DNA of 64,000 bases from Candidatus Curtissbacteria bacterium (lineage in GTDB: Bacteria > Patescibacteriota > Microgenomatia > Curtissbacterales > GWA2-41-24), in contig JAUSJC010000007.1 of NCBI GenBank assembly GCA_030647775.1, forward strand, positions 50,038 to 114,037, read 5' to 3'. Below are positions 26,642-34,984 of the stretch, piece after piece (position 1 is the first letter of the stretch; each line of letters opens with the position of its first letter). The notes under the pieces are model-generated. The model was given only the letters and a program-made list of their open reading frames with translations. It did not search any database and was not told the DNA's origin. The position numbers were made by a program, and so were the translations under genes.

Positions 26642-27499
26642 CTACTTATTGTTCTGCAAGATTAGTATATATTGATTGTGAATATTGGGAACATAAGAAA
26701 AAGGATATCCATAGGGAAAGATTTTTTTGCGGCTTTGATAGAGTATAGTTATTCCTTTCAATTTATAATTCTTTTGTTCTAATTTGTTAGCAAGATCTGC
26801 ATGGAACATATAATATCTATCTTTGTGTCTAAAATCGCTAACTACTATACATAAATATTTCTTTGGTTTTAAAATCCGACTACAATCATTGAAAAAACCG
26901 GACAAAATTTCAAGAAACTGATCATAATCAGTAATATTTCCTAAATCTTCTTTAAGTTCACTATATTTTGTGTCTAGACCATTTGAAATCCGAGTGGAAA
27001 TGACTTTATGGTCAGCCTTTTTATTTAAAATACTCCAGTACGGAGGACTCGTTACAATAAAATCAAAATGGTCATCTTTAAAATCTTCGACCACTTTCAG
27101 CGCATCTCCTTGAATAACAGACTGGTCTTTATTGTCAAATAAACCATTGAGTTCAGTCTCAAGTCTCTTTTTCGTTAACTCCACATATTTAGGAACTAAC
27201 TCAATACCGACACCCCTTCGATTTAATATAGCGCAGGCCTTAAGAGTAGATCCTACTCCAACAAAAGGGTCTAATACTTTCTGCCCTGATTTCGTAAAGA
27301 ACCTGATTAGCCTTCCCACGTCTTGGAAAGAATATGGAGCGGGATGTTGTTTCTCAATTTGAGCTTCTTTATGGCCTGCCCCTAATCCTTTTTGAACATA
27401 CACCGAGATTGTTTCGGGAATCCATTCTGAGGCTGAAAGATCATTAAGATTATTTACAAGTTTCCTCTTCAACTGCCCATCGTTTATATTTAAACCCAT
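26642..27499 (-). CDS. DNA methyltransferase, SPPY type (likely N4C)
   Basis: HPAPY, DPFVGVGST precede TSPPY. Confidence 0.92.
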   Translation of the reverse strand: MGLNINDGQLKRKLVNNLNDLSASEWIPETISVYVQKGLGAGHKEAQIEKQHPAPYSFQDVGRLIRFFTKSGQKVLDPFVGVGSTLKACAILNRRGVGIELVPKYVELTKKRLETELNGLFDNKDQSVIQGDALKVVEDFKDDHFDFIVTSPPYWSILNKKADHKVISTRISNGLDTKYSELKEDLGNITDYDQFLEILSGFFNDCSRILKPKKYLCIVVSDFRHKDRYYMFHADLANKLEQKNYKLKGITILYQSRKKIFPYGYPFSYVPNIHNQYILILQNNK

Positions 27500-27555
27500 T
27501 GTTATTATTAAATTTATTCTACACAGTATCTAACCACAATTAACACACAACATTA

Positions 27556-27584
27556 AATATACGAATAAAACCCGAAGATGTCAA
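27556..27584 (-). promoter_or_regulatory. sigma70 promoter with candidate LexA box in the spacer, upstream of the MTases
   Basis: TTGACA-17-TATATT enclosing TTCGG-GTTTTA-TTCGT. Confidence 0.65.
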
Positions 27585-27671
27585 GCGTGGACTTGACCCT
27601 AATTAAACCTAGTTGGGTTGTGTAACAACAAAAAACCAAGTAAGATCTATCACAAATCTTAAAATAATTAG

Positions 27672-27938
27672 ATGAACCCACTAGAACACATAGAAAAAAT
27701 TCAACAAGTAACAGACATCAACGAAAAAATAAGGTTGCGAACAGAATTTAAAGAAAAATATCCAAACGAATTTGAAGAATACATGAAGGCAATACCCAAA
27801 CAAAAACAGAGACCGCCACTTTGCTATGGTTGCAAGCATTTTATAAAAAGCGGTGATTGCGAATTAAATCTATTCCCGATTGGGAATGTTTTTAAGGATG
27901 TTATTAATTACACATGTCCCTCTTTTGAGAAAAAATAA
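27672..27938 (+). CDS. hypothetical protein with 4-Cys motif
   Basis: CYGCKHF...C...CPSF; TAAAAT-6nt-ATG. Confidence 0.7.
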   Translation: MNPLEHIEKIQQVTDINEKIRLRTEFKEKYPNEFEEYMKAIPKQKQRPPLCYGCKHFIKSGDCELNLFPIGNVFKDVINYTCPSFEKK

Positions 27939-28051
27939 ACGGAAATTGACACCTTTCCTCCCAAATAATAATCTATACTTGTGTTAAAAACCCTGGAAAA
28001 AGAAAAAGCATATAAGGTTGGCCGGAAGAAATTGCAATTGTGGATGGGAAA

Positions 28052-28639
28052 TTAGGAATTATTCTTTAAGATTCCTTCCTTTTGCAGTCTTCTTAAAATA
28101 ACAGCGTCTGAAACTTGAAAAATTTCAGGTAGATCCTGCACAGCTGGAGCAATGATTTCCGGTAATTCCATGGATGGAATTTTTCCGAGCCGCTTTTTTA
28201 ATTCTTCAAGCAATTGCTCAGTTGGAACCAAAACCAATCCCGCAAAAGTATGTGCTTGTATTTCAGTAAACTTGTAAACTTGCTCATCTATTCGATCATG
28301 AGATGTAAGATATTCTTCAAAATTATTCGGTCCGTACTTTTCGTACCATTCCTTGTGCAATATTAAATGACCAACTTCATGGGCGATGGAAAATCTCGTT
28401 CTTTCGGGAAAACGCGTGAAATAATTTTCATCAACCGTTATTTGGGTAAAGTCCGAACTTATAAATGCATCTACTCCAATTAATGATCTAATGCCTGGTA
28501 CCGCGAACAGAGCAATTCCCATTTTGCTTTCAACTATATTTTCAATTGGAATTGGTAGGGTTAGCGAGGAATGATATGTCTGTAAAAATTTATCTGCTGC
28601 TCGTGCTACATCTACTAATCTTAAATTCGGTCCTTGCAT
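28052..28639 (-). CDS. ImmA/IrrE-family metallopeptidase
   Basis: RTRFSIAHEVGHLILH, EIQAHTFAGLVLVP. Confidence 0.92.
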   Translation of the reverse strand: MQGPNLRLVDVARAADKFLQTYHSSLTLPIPIENIVESKMGIALFAVPGIRSLIGVDAFISSDFTQITVDENYFTRFPERTRFSIAHEVGHLILHKEWYEKYGPNNFEEYLTSHDRIDEQVYKFTEIQAHTFAGLVLVPTEQLLEELKKRLGKIPSMELPEIIAPAVQDLPEIFQVSDAVILRRLQKEGILKNNS

Positions 28640-28642
28640 CCA

Positions 28643-29038
28643 TTATTCCTTCTTACCGACATCATTGAGAAGCTTGATTAATTGGATAATTTTCTTTTTA
28701 TCCAACTTTTCACCTCTAGCAGTTCTGTAAAAGGCAGGCAAAATAGAAAGAATGTGTGGACTTTTAAGCAAATCCTCTGGGAGTTTTCCTTTTGCTGCAT
28801 GAGCAAGATCAAAGAATATTGTCCATTCTTCGCTGTCGCGCGGAATTTTTAAGGCTAATGCGTATCCTTCAAGTTTTTGTTTATCTATGCTTGGAGGAAG
28901 AATATTTCTTTCAAGTCTGCTGATGTTACCCGGGTCGTAGCTATACCTTTCACAAAAAGATCTCAAGGTAAACCCTAAGGTTATTCTTTTTAATCTGAAA
29001 AATTCTCCGAAGGTTTGAGCAGTGTCTTGACTTTTCAC
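28643..29038 (-). CDS. XRE-family HTH regulator
   Basis: FGEFFRLKR...TLRSFC...GNISRLERN. Confidence 0.88.
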   Translation of the reverse strand: MKSQDTAQTFGEFFRLKRITLGFTLRSFCERYSYDPGNISRLERNILPPSIDKQKLEGYALALKIPRDSEEWTIFFDLAHAAKGKLPEDLLKSPHILSILPAFYRTARGEKLDKKKIIQLIKLLNDVGKKE

Positions 29039-29129
29039 AGGAAGTGTTGTAAAAATATTACAACGTTATTTTAACGCAGCACTTGACTATTGTCAAGTCG
29101 ACAAAAAATTAGAAAGGCGGTGAATAAAA

Positions 29130-29339
29130 ATGGCAGTATTTAAGATCTACAAAGACGTTCAAGGCTATTACCGATGGCGATTCCGAGCAGCTAACAATAA
29201 AATCATCGCCGACAGCGGTGAAGGATACGTAAAGTGGCAAGATGCGAAAGCAGGAATAGATTTTATTAAGAAATATGCACCTGATGCCGAAGTTAAAGAC
29301 TTAACCGCACAAAAAACTGCTCGAGGACTCTTTAGTTAA
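29130..29339 (+). CDS. YegP/DUF1508-family protein
   Basis: FKIYKD..GYYRWRFRAANNKIIADSGEGY. Confidence 0.9.
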   Translation: MAVFKIYKDVQGYYRWRFRAANNKIIADSGEGYVKWQDAKAGIDFIKKYAPDAEVKDLTAQKTARGLFS

Positions 29340-29353
29340 AGGAGGTGAAGTCG

Positions 29354-29422
29354 ATGAAATTTATACAAATTGCGGTTACCCGCGCAGGGGAAATGTATTT
29401 AGTATTTAGGATTGTGGTTTAG
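29354..29422 (+). CDS. possible 22-aa peptide or truncated gene start
   Basis: strong SD AAAGGAGGTG then MKFIQIAVTRAGEMYLVFRIVV*. Confidence 0.35.
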   Translation: MKFIQIAVTRAGEMYLVFRIVV

Positions 29423-29551
29423 TCCCAGTACTAGATTCCGGGCTTGGAGTCGGCGAGGGAATTACTGTTGGATTAAATACGGGTTCGACAAGCTCACTGC
29501 TATAACTTGTACCTCCGCGATATCTGTCACCTTAAGCACGTTGGGATTTTA
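29406..29551 (-). repeat. VLKVTDIAEVQVFN-coding repeat unit copy 1, frameshifted by a 26-bp element (29481-29506)
   Basis: homologous to 31540-31668 and 32637-32741 with mostly third-position differences. Confidence 0.8.
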
Positions 29552-29831
29552 GCTTCGTTTCTTGAGCAGCTAATTAATTTTGGCTTGGATGGTAAAAAAC
29601 TAAAACTGTCCGAACTTAAAAAACACTTTAGTAGGTTGCAGATAGATCCGGCGAAAAAAAGGTATTTGAAGTTTTTGCTCTCCTCGCCCCAATGAGCCAA
29701 ACACACATTCTAACTGAGAGGCAAAAGCTTCTTTGAATGAGCGCGATTGGCAGGATTTTTTTCTGATCTGGAATGTTATAATCCCCAAAGCAGCAGACCG
29801 GTTAGAATTTCGTCCAACCAGCCGCTCCCAT

Positions 29832-29904
29832 GCGCCTGTAGCTCAACGGATATCAGCAGCGCTTCGCGCTCTGATATTTTTAAGTTACACTTAAAAAGAG
29901 AGCA
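29832..29904 (+). pseudogene. tRNA-Arg(TCT) 5' fragment interrupted in the D-loop by hairpin elements
   Basis: GCGCCTGTAGCTCAACGGATA[TCAGCAGCGCTTCGCGCTCTGATAT...]GAGCA. Confidence 0.75.
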
Positions 29905-29912
29905 AATTTTAT

Positions 29913-29985
29913 GCGCCTGTAGCTCAATGGATAGAGCACTCGCGTTCTAAGCGATTGGTTGGGGGTTCGAATCCCTCCAGGCGCA
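29913..29985 (+). tRNA. tRNA-Arg(TCT)
   Basis: GCGCCTG/CAGGCGC acceptor, loop GTTCTAA, T-loop TTCGAAT. Confidence 0.93.
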
Positions 29986-29996
29986 CATAAAATTAA

Positions 29997-30075
29997 TCGC
30001 GTTCTAAGCGAATGATTGGGGGTTCGCTTTTTTCGCGCAGCGAAAAACTCGAGAAGTCAGATCCCTCCAGGCGCA
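29997..30075 (+). pseudogene. tRNA-Arg(TCT) 3' half duplicate with the T-loop insertion
   Basis: TCGCGTTCTAAGCGA...GGTTCG[CTTTTTTCGCGCAGCGAAAAACTCGAGAAGTCAG]ATCCCTCCAGGCGCA. Confidence 0.85.
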
Positions 30076-30244
30076 CACACGTCTTGCTCCGACGTAAACG
30101 CTTCAGTTTCTCTCATGTATAATATTTTTAGTGAAGATTTCCGGCGGGCTTGTTGTTAATCTTATTGCAGGTTTAAAAGGACTTATGTCAAAAACATATA
30201 CCAAAAATTAAGAAAGATGTTTGTGGAGATGAATAAAAATTACT

Positions 30245-30772
30245 ATGGCTAAAAAACAGGCAATAAAAAAATTACCGGATAATCAAATCGCTTTCTATCA
30301 ATCACCTGATGGATCAGTGAATATTGAAGTGCTGTTTGCCGAAGAAAATATCTGGCTCACCCAAAAGAAAATGGCAGAGCTTTTTGATTGCTCAACAGAT
30401 AATATCTCGCTTCATCTAAAAAACATCTTTGGGGAAAAAGAATTGGATAAAGATTCAGTTACCGAGGAATACTCGACAACCATGACAAGCGGTTTAATGA
30501 GAGGGTCAAATATAGTTGCCTCGGTGCCAAAATATCTAGTGATGCCAGAAGAGAGAGAAGAGCAATTCAACAGAAAAATAAAGTCGCCTTTATTCGCAGA
30601 AAGATTCAAAGATGATAATTGGCAAATCCTTTATTTTGATTCAATCAGAAATAATTGGAAAAAACTTAAACAGAAAAATATAAAACTTGGCTCATTAGTG
30701 GGTAAAAAAGGCCCAGAAGCACTCCGCCCTAATTCTAATGAAAATGATAATGGACAAATAGGACTTTTATAA
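30245..30772 (+). pseudogene. chimeric ORF: RhuM-like N-terminus fused to an unrelated C-terminal fragment
   Basis: YQSPDGSVNIEV...WLTQKKMAELF...ISLHLKNIF is RhuM-like; sequence character changes after EYSTT. Confidence 0.6.
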
Positions 30773-30815
30773 TAAATGGGGCTTATTGATCACAAAAATC
30801 TAAAAATTATTAAGA

Positions 30816-31313
30816 TTATTTTAAATACCTATAAATTCCGAAAACATGAATAGCTTTTCTCTTTATCACGTTTATATGTGTTTCTAGCTTATAAATATTT
30901 GCCGGAAAGTCCTTGATATCTTTTGTCATAAGATAAATGTTTTTACCATATTTAACTAATGTTCCACCTAATAAAAGGTCTACGATTGAGATATCTTTAC
31001 CTTCTATTCCGTAAAGTTTTAATAACCCGATTGCATTGTCAAATACACCCTTTTCCAGAGGTATAATTGCATCAATGATTTCATCAAGGAATTTTTTCTT
31101 TTCTTCAAAAATCTTCAATTCAAAAGAACCTTTAGTAAACTCAATTAACACGGCATTGACGGTAACTAAAGTCACGCCATTTCCTTTCAATTCATTGAAG
31201 AATTTGCCATATTCACCCGGATTATGGAACGCGTCTATAAAGACATTTGTATCAAGAAGCAAATGAGAATTTTTAAGAGTTTGGAAAAATCCCTGAGGTG
31301 TTACTATTTGCAT
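30816..31313 (-). CDS. PIN-domain (VapC-like) toxin
   Basis: LLDTNVFID, VLIEF, SIVDLLLG, MTKDIKDF. Confidence 0.88.
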   Translation of the reverse strand: MQIVTPQGFFQTLKNSHLLLDTNVFIDAFHNPGEYGKFFNELKGNGVTLVTVNAVLIEFTKGSFELKIFEEKKKFLDEIIDAIIPLEKGVFDNAIGLLKLYGIEGKDISIVDLLLGGTLVKYGKNIYLMTKDIKDFPANIYKLETHINVIKRKAIHVFGIYRYLK

Positions 31314-31449
31314 CGCTTCTAGTTTTTTCGAGATACCTTTCCTCTTCGTCGAAATATTTCTTTATTTTAGCTGCAAGTTTTTCAAACTTATTAATATCAA
31401 TCTTTTTGCCCTTTTTAGTTTTGGGAAGAGTTTCACTTTTTGTTTTCAT
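31273..31449 (-). CDS. putative antitoxin upstream of the PIN toxin
   Basis: small charged ORF MKTKSE... with GAGGT SD, overlapping the PIN start. Confidence 0.55.
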   Translation of the reverse strand: MKTKSETLPKTKKGKKIDINKFEKLAAKIKKYFDEEERYLEKTRSDANSNTSGIFPNS

Positions 31450-31539
31450 TTTGATGACCTCTAAATATAGTATACCATTTGTCGTAAATACTCTAAGTAC
31501 CCAAAACAATTCCCGTCGCGCCTTGGAGATGTATTTAGT

Positions 31540-31668
31540 TTAGGGCCTGGAAGCGCCAGATGTTGACTCTACCGGGCTGGGAGTCGGTGAGGAGATTACG
31601 GTGGCGTTAAATACGGGTTCGACAAGCTCACTGCTATAGCTTGTACCTCCGCGATATCTGTCACCTTA
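31540..31668 (-). repeat. VLKVTDIAEV repeat unit copy 2 (5'-truncated, 26-bp element at 31615-31640)
   Basis: KVTDIAEVQ[ins]VFNATVISSPTPSPVESTSGASRP*. Confidence 0.8.
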
Positions 31669-31740
31669 TTTCAATAGACTTTCTTTGGAAGTTCAAAATA
31701 GAAATCTTATGAGGTGTGTTTATAGCTCTTGGAGCAAAGA

Positions 31741-31908
31741 TTAAAACGACTCTTGTGGTGCTAATCTGTCGTATTCCGTAGATAATTTTTTTTGCAACTT
31801 ATTCGAACCACGTACCGCTTCTTTAATTATTCGTTTCTTTTCTTTAGCGGGTAATTCGAAGAAGTTTGTACCTTTGTCTTTTTTGATCAAGAAATTGAGT
31901 ACTTTCAT
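31741..31908 (-). CDS. 55-aa protein translationally coupled to the zeta-toxin-like gene (not in ORF track)
   Basis: ATGA overlap; MKVLNFLIKKDKGTNFFELPAKEKKRIIKEAVRGSNKLQKKLSTEYDRLAPQESF. Confidence 0.6.
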   Translation of the reverse strand: MKVLNFLIKKDKGTNFFELPAKEKKRIIKEAVRGSNKLQKKLSTEYDRLAPQESF

Positions 31909-32606
31909 TTAATTAATCTCTCCAGATCTTGTTCATTGTACCCTATTTTAAGGTGGTTATCAATCATATCGATATTAAACTTAGTATTCTCTTGCTCATT
32001 TGTATAATTCTTCTCAACTAAATGAAGCTCAATTTTATCACCAAGAATCTTTTTCACTTTATTCACGTTCGCTTTAGCTAAAAAGAACGAATTTATAAAC
32101 ATATCTTTTGAAACATGTCTTCCTTCAACCTTTTCTCTCTTCTTTGTAAAATCCCATGCAATAAGAGGATCCTGGTATAGGTAGAAAATACCAACCTTCC
32201 GACCTCTATTTAAGGCTCTCTTAACATCTTGAAACCCTTTACCAAAGTCAGAAAACGTTCCATCAACAATAACATTCTGACTTCTTTTTTGAACTTCATC
32301 GTAAAGTTTCTCAACGCCTAATGCGGCCGCCCCTTGAAACTTGTAAGCATTGCCGCCCGTGTAGCCTGGAATAATATCCCTAATTTCGTCAGCGTCTATC
32401 CTAATAATTTTTGTATTGGGATCGTAGTTTTTTATAAACGACTTAGAATATTCTGTTTTGCCTGCACCAGGGGAACCGGCCATAAAAATTGTGAAAGGGT
32501 TGGATACGCCAGGAAATTTAGTAGGGTCAGCAAATTTTTCAATAAGCAAATTCTTATTATCTCTAACCCATTTCTTTGCTTTTTCTTCTAGATCATTATT
32601 ATTCAT
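31905..32606 (-). CDS. zeta toxin-like P-loop kinase
   Basis: MAGSPGAGKTE, RIDADEIR, VDGTFS, REKVEGRHV; TATAAT-6nt-ATG at 32606. Confidence 0.88.
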   Translation of the reverse strand: MNNNDLEEKAKKWVRDNKNLLIEKFADPTKFPGVSNPFTIFMAGSPGAGKTEYSKSFIKNYDPNTKIIRIDADEIRDIIPGYTGGNAYKFQGAAALGVEKLYDEVQKRSQNVIVDGTFSDFGKGFQDVKRALNRGRKVGIFYLYQDPLIAWDFTKKREKVEGRHVSKDMFINSFFLAKANVNKVKKILGDKIELHLVEKNYTNEQENTKFNIDMIDNHLKIGYNEQDLERLIK

Positions 32607-32636
32607 CGACTGATTATAGCAATTAAGGATCACACC

Positions 32637-32729
32637 TTACTGCGCCGAAGAAGTAGACTGAGGGACAGGAGAAGAAATCATTGTTGCATTGAATACTTGA
32701 ACCTCGGCGATATCTGTCACCTTAAGCAC
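32637..32729 (-). other. VLKVTDIAEV repeat unit copy 3: uninterrupted 30-codon ORF or gene 3' remnant
   Basis: TAAAAT-6nt-GTG, VLKVTDIAEVQVFNATMISSPVPQSTSSAQ*. Confidence 0.55.
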
Positions 32730-32798
32730 GTTGGTATTTTACCAAAATTGACCTAATTTAGTTTTGGTGAGTACGTTTGCGGTTGTCTAATATATAAT

Positions 32799-33344
32799 TT
32801 GCTTGTGGGACTGATTGTAAATGTCTTAATAAGACTCGGAATCTTTTATTTTCTGGGGGAGGTTTTGCTTTTTGCCGACGACCCGAGGTTTGCCGGCAAA
32901 GCCATCCCGATCAGGAACTTGGTGATTGTAATTTCGCTTAGCCTGCTTTTTCCGCTTCTCTATTTTTTAAAGAAGAAGTCAAGAAAATATCCTTTGTGGT
33001 TCGACAACCTTTACCTTTCAATTTTTCTTTTGGATATGGCCGGCAACTCCTTTAATTTATACGACCGCTATTTTTATTTTGATTTAATCCCCCATTTCCA
33101 CGGGACCGGCGCCATCAGCGCGGTTATGGCCGGGGCTTTTGGGCTTGGCGGTTTGGCGGCAGTCGGGCTTGCCAATATTATCCATATGGTTTTAGAGGCG
33201 CAGGAATATTACACGGATGTTTTCTTTAAAACCCATAACGTGCGGGGTATTGGCGATACGGTCAATGACCTTAGCGTCGGGCTGATCGGTTCGGCTGTCT
33301 ACATTGGGTTTTTGATTTTGGTGAAGAGACTGGCGAAAAAGTGA
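32799..33344 (+). CDS. hypothetical membrane protein
   Basis: multiple TMs, FDLIPHF and DTVNDL motifs. Confidence 0.75.
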   Translation: MLVGLIVNVLIRLGIFYFLGEVLLFADDPRFAGKAIPIRNLVIVISLSLLFPLLYFLKKKSRKYPLWFDNLYLSIFLLDMAGNSFNLYDRYFYFDLIPHFHGTGAISAVMAGAFGLGGLAAVGLANIIHMVLEAQEYYTDVFFKTHNVRGIGDTVNDLSVGLIGSAVYIGFLILVKRLAKK

Positions 33345-33355
33345 CGCTAATTTTT

Positions 33356-34732
33356 TTACTTTGGGAGTTTGGCAATGAGGGGTAGGATATTTTTGTAAGT
33401 GACCTGGTATTTATAAGGGTGATAGAGAAACGCGGCGGGAGCATCATCGACTAGAAACCTCTGGAAGTCGAAGTAGAGATTTTTTCTGTCATCTTCGTTT
33501 TCCGTACTTCTAGCATCCTCTAATAGTTTATCAATTTTGACATTTTTATAGTTGGTGATATTGGTTGTATTTATCTGGGAAGAATGCCAAAGGCCGTATT
33601 GGTCGGGGTCCGGTGAGAGTCTGTTTGTTGTAAGGAAAGCCTGAAAGTTTTTAGGCACTCCCTTTTCCTGTTTGAGGGCAACTTCGAAACCGACCGCTTC
33701 CCAATCCTTCTTAATGGATTTGGCCGTTTCTTCTAAAGATTGCATGTAACTTAAGGTGATTTTTAGGCTCGCTGAATTTACTTTGGATATCAGTTCTTTG
33801 GCGCGGGAGGTATTGTAATCGTACCTTTTGACCTGCTCACTGTAAGCCCAGTTTTTTGGTGATATCGGGCCGGTTGCTCCAACCCCATCAAATTCCGACT
33901 TGTTAACTGCAAAATTGAGGGCTTGGCGCAGGTCTTTTGAAGACAGCACCGGATCGTTATTATTGAAAAAGACGGTGACAACTTCATCCAGGGCAGCTTT
34001 TTTTTGGACTTCTAAATTGGGCCAGTTTTCAAATTCCTTAGCATTGGCAACAGAGGCCGTTTTAATTTCCCCAATTTTTACGGCTTCCAGCGCTTGGGTT
34101 TCGGTCTGATAAAATTTAATGTCGACATTTGGGAGGTTCTTATCCTTAGGAACAAGGCTAATTTTTTTAACAACGCTGGCGATCTGGTCTATACCAACGA
34201 TTCTAAACTCCCCTACACCATAAAAACTTTTGGCCTTAAAAACCGGTTTATTGAGAGCAAGGGGAAAGGAATAGATCGGATTCGGAAGTTTAAACTGGAT
34301 GGATTTGTTGTTGAGAGCTGTGATTTGGACGTTTTTAATGGCGATTGAAATATCGTTGGCATTCACCTGTGTGCCGTCATGCCACTTAAGATTATCCTTT
34401 AAAAATACCGTGTATGTTTTGCCGCCATCTGTGACTTGCCAATGCGAAGCAAGAGAAGGAACGGGTCTATCTTTCTCGTCAACCGTGGTTAGGGATTGGG
34501 TTGCCAAAAGGAGTGTTTGTGTCGAAATAGTTTCAAGGGTGTAAGAACCGACGTAGCCCATGCTTATGTAGTTTGTTTGGGAAAGCCGGGGAATAATTTT
34601 GTAAGCGCCAAAAACGACCGCTCCCAAAACCAGCATTGAAATTAGAATTCTTAATCTGTATCTAGATACGTAAGCGGAGCCAAGATGCCACCAAAAACGA
34701 ATGCGTCGGAGTTTAACTTTCAGAGACAGCAT
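33356..34732 (-). CDS. ABC transporter substrate-binding protein, family 5
   Basis: PSLASHWQVTDGGKTYTVFLKDNLKWHDG, DLRQALNFAVNK, DPDQYGLWHSSQ. Confidence 0.9.
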   Translation of the reverse strand: MLSLKVKLRRIRFWWHLGSAYVSRYRLRILISMLVLGAVVFGAYKIIPRLSQTNYISMGYVGSYTLETISTQTLLLATQSLTTVDEKDRPVPSLASHWQVTDGGKTYTVFLKDNLKWHDGTQVNANDISIAIKNVQITALNNKSIQFKLPNPIYSFPLALNKPVFKAKSFYGVGEFRIVGIDQIASVVKKISLVPKDKNLPNVDIKFYQTETQALEAVKIGEIKTASVANAKEFENWPNLEVQKKAALDEVVTVFFNNNDPVLSSKDLRQALNFAVNKSEFDGVGATGPISPKNWAYSEQVKRYDYNTSRAKELISKVNSASLKITLSYMQSLEETAKSIKKDWEAVGFEVALKQEKGVPKNFQAFLTTNRLSPDPDQYGLWHSSQINTTNITNYKNVKIDKLLEDARSTENEDDRKNLYFDFQRFLVDDAPAAFLYHPYKYQVTYKNILPLIAKLPK

Positions 34733-34948
34733 TTAGATAATTACCTGAACAATAGAAAGAACCAAAAATAAAAACGCGAGAATTACGGTGAAAGCGACAA
34801 AAAGTTTTTCGATTCCCCTTTTGGACCTGTAAAATCCCCCTTGGCCGCCGAATACTGTTGAGATACCCGAGCCTTTGGCCTGCATGAGAATGATGAGGAT
34901 GAGAAGAGCAGAAATTATTATTTGGACTATGAGTAAAATAGTTTTCAT
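34733..34948 (-). CDS. secG: preprotein translocase subunit SecG
   Basis: ILMQAKGSGISTVFGG...RGIEKL between two TMs. Confidence 0.92.
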   Translation of the reverse strand: MKTILLIVQIIISALLILIILMQAKGSGISTVFGGQGGFYRSKRGIEKLFVAFTVILAFLFLVLSIVQVII

Positions 34949-34984
34949 TTTTTAATACTTGTTTTAAAAAACAAGCTCTCTTAT

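Noticed and set aside
29406-32741. Diversity-generating retroelement TR/VR pairs
   Set aside because: Differences between copies are not adenine-specific, and no reverse transcriptase is in the window.
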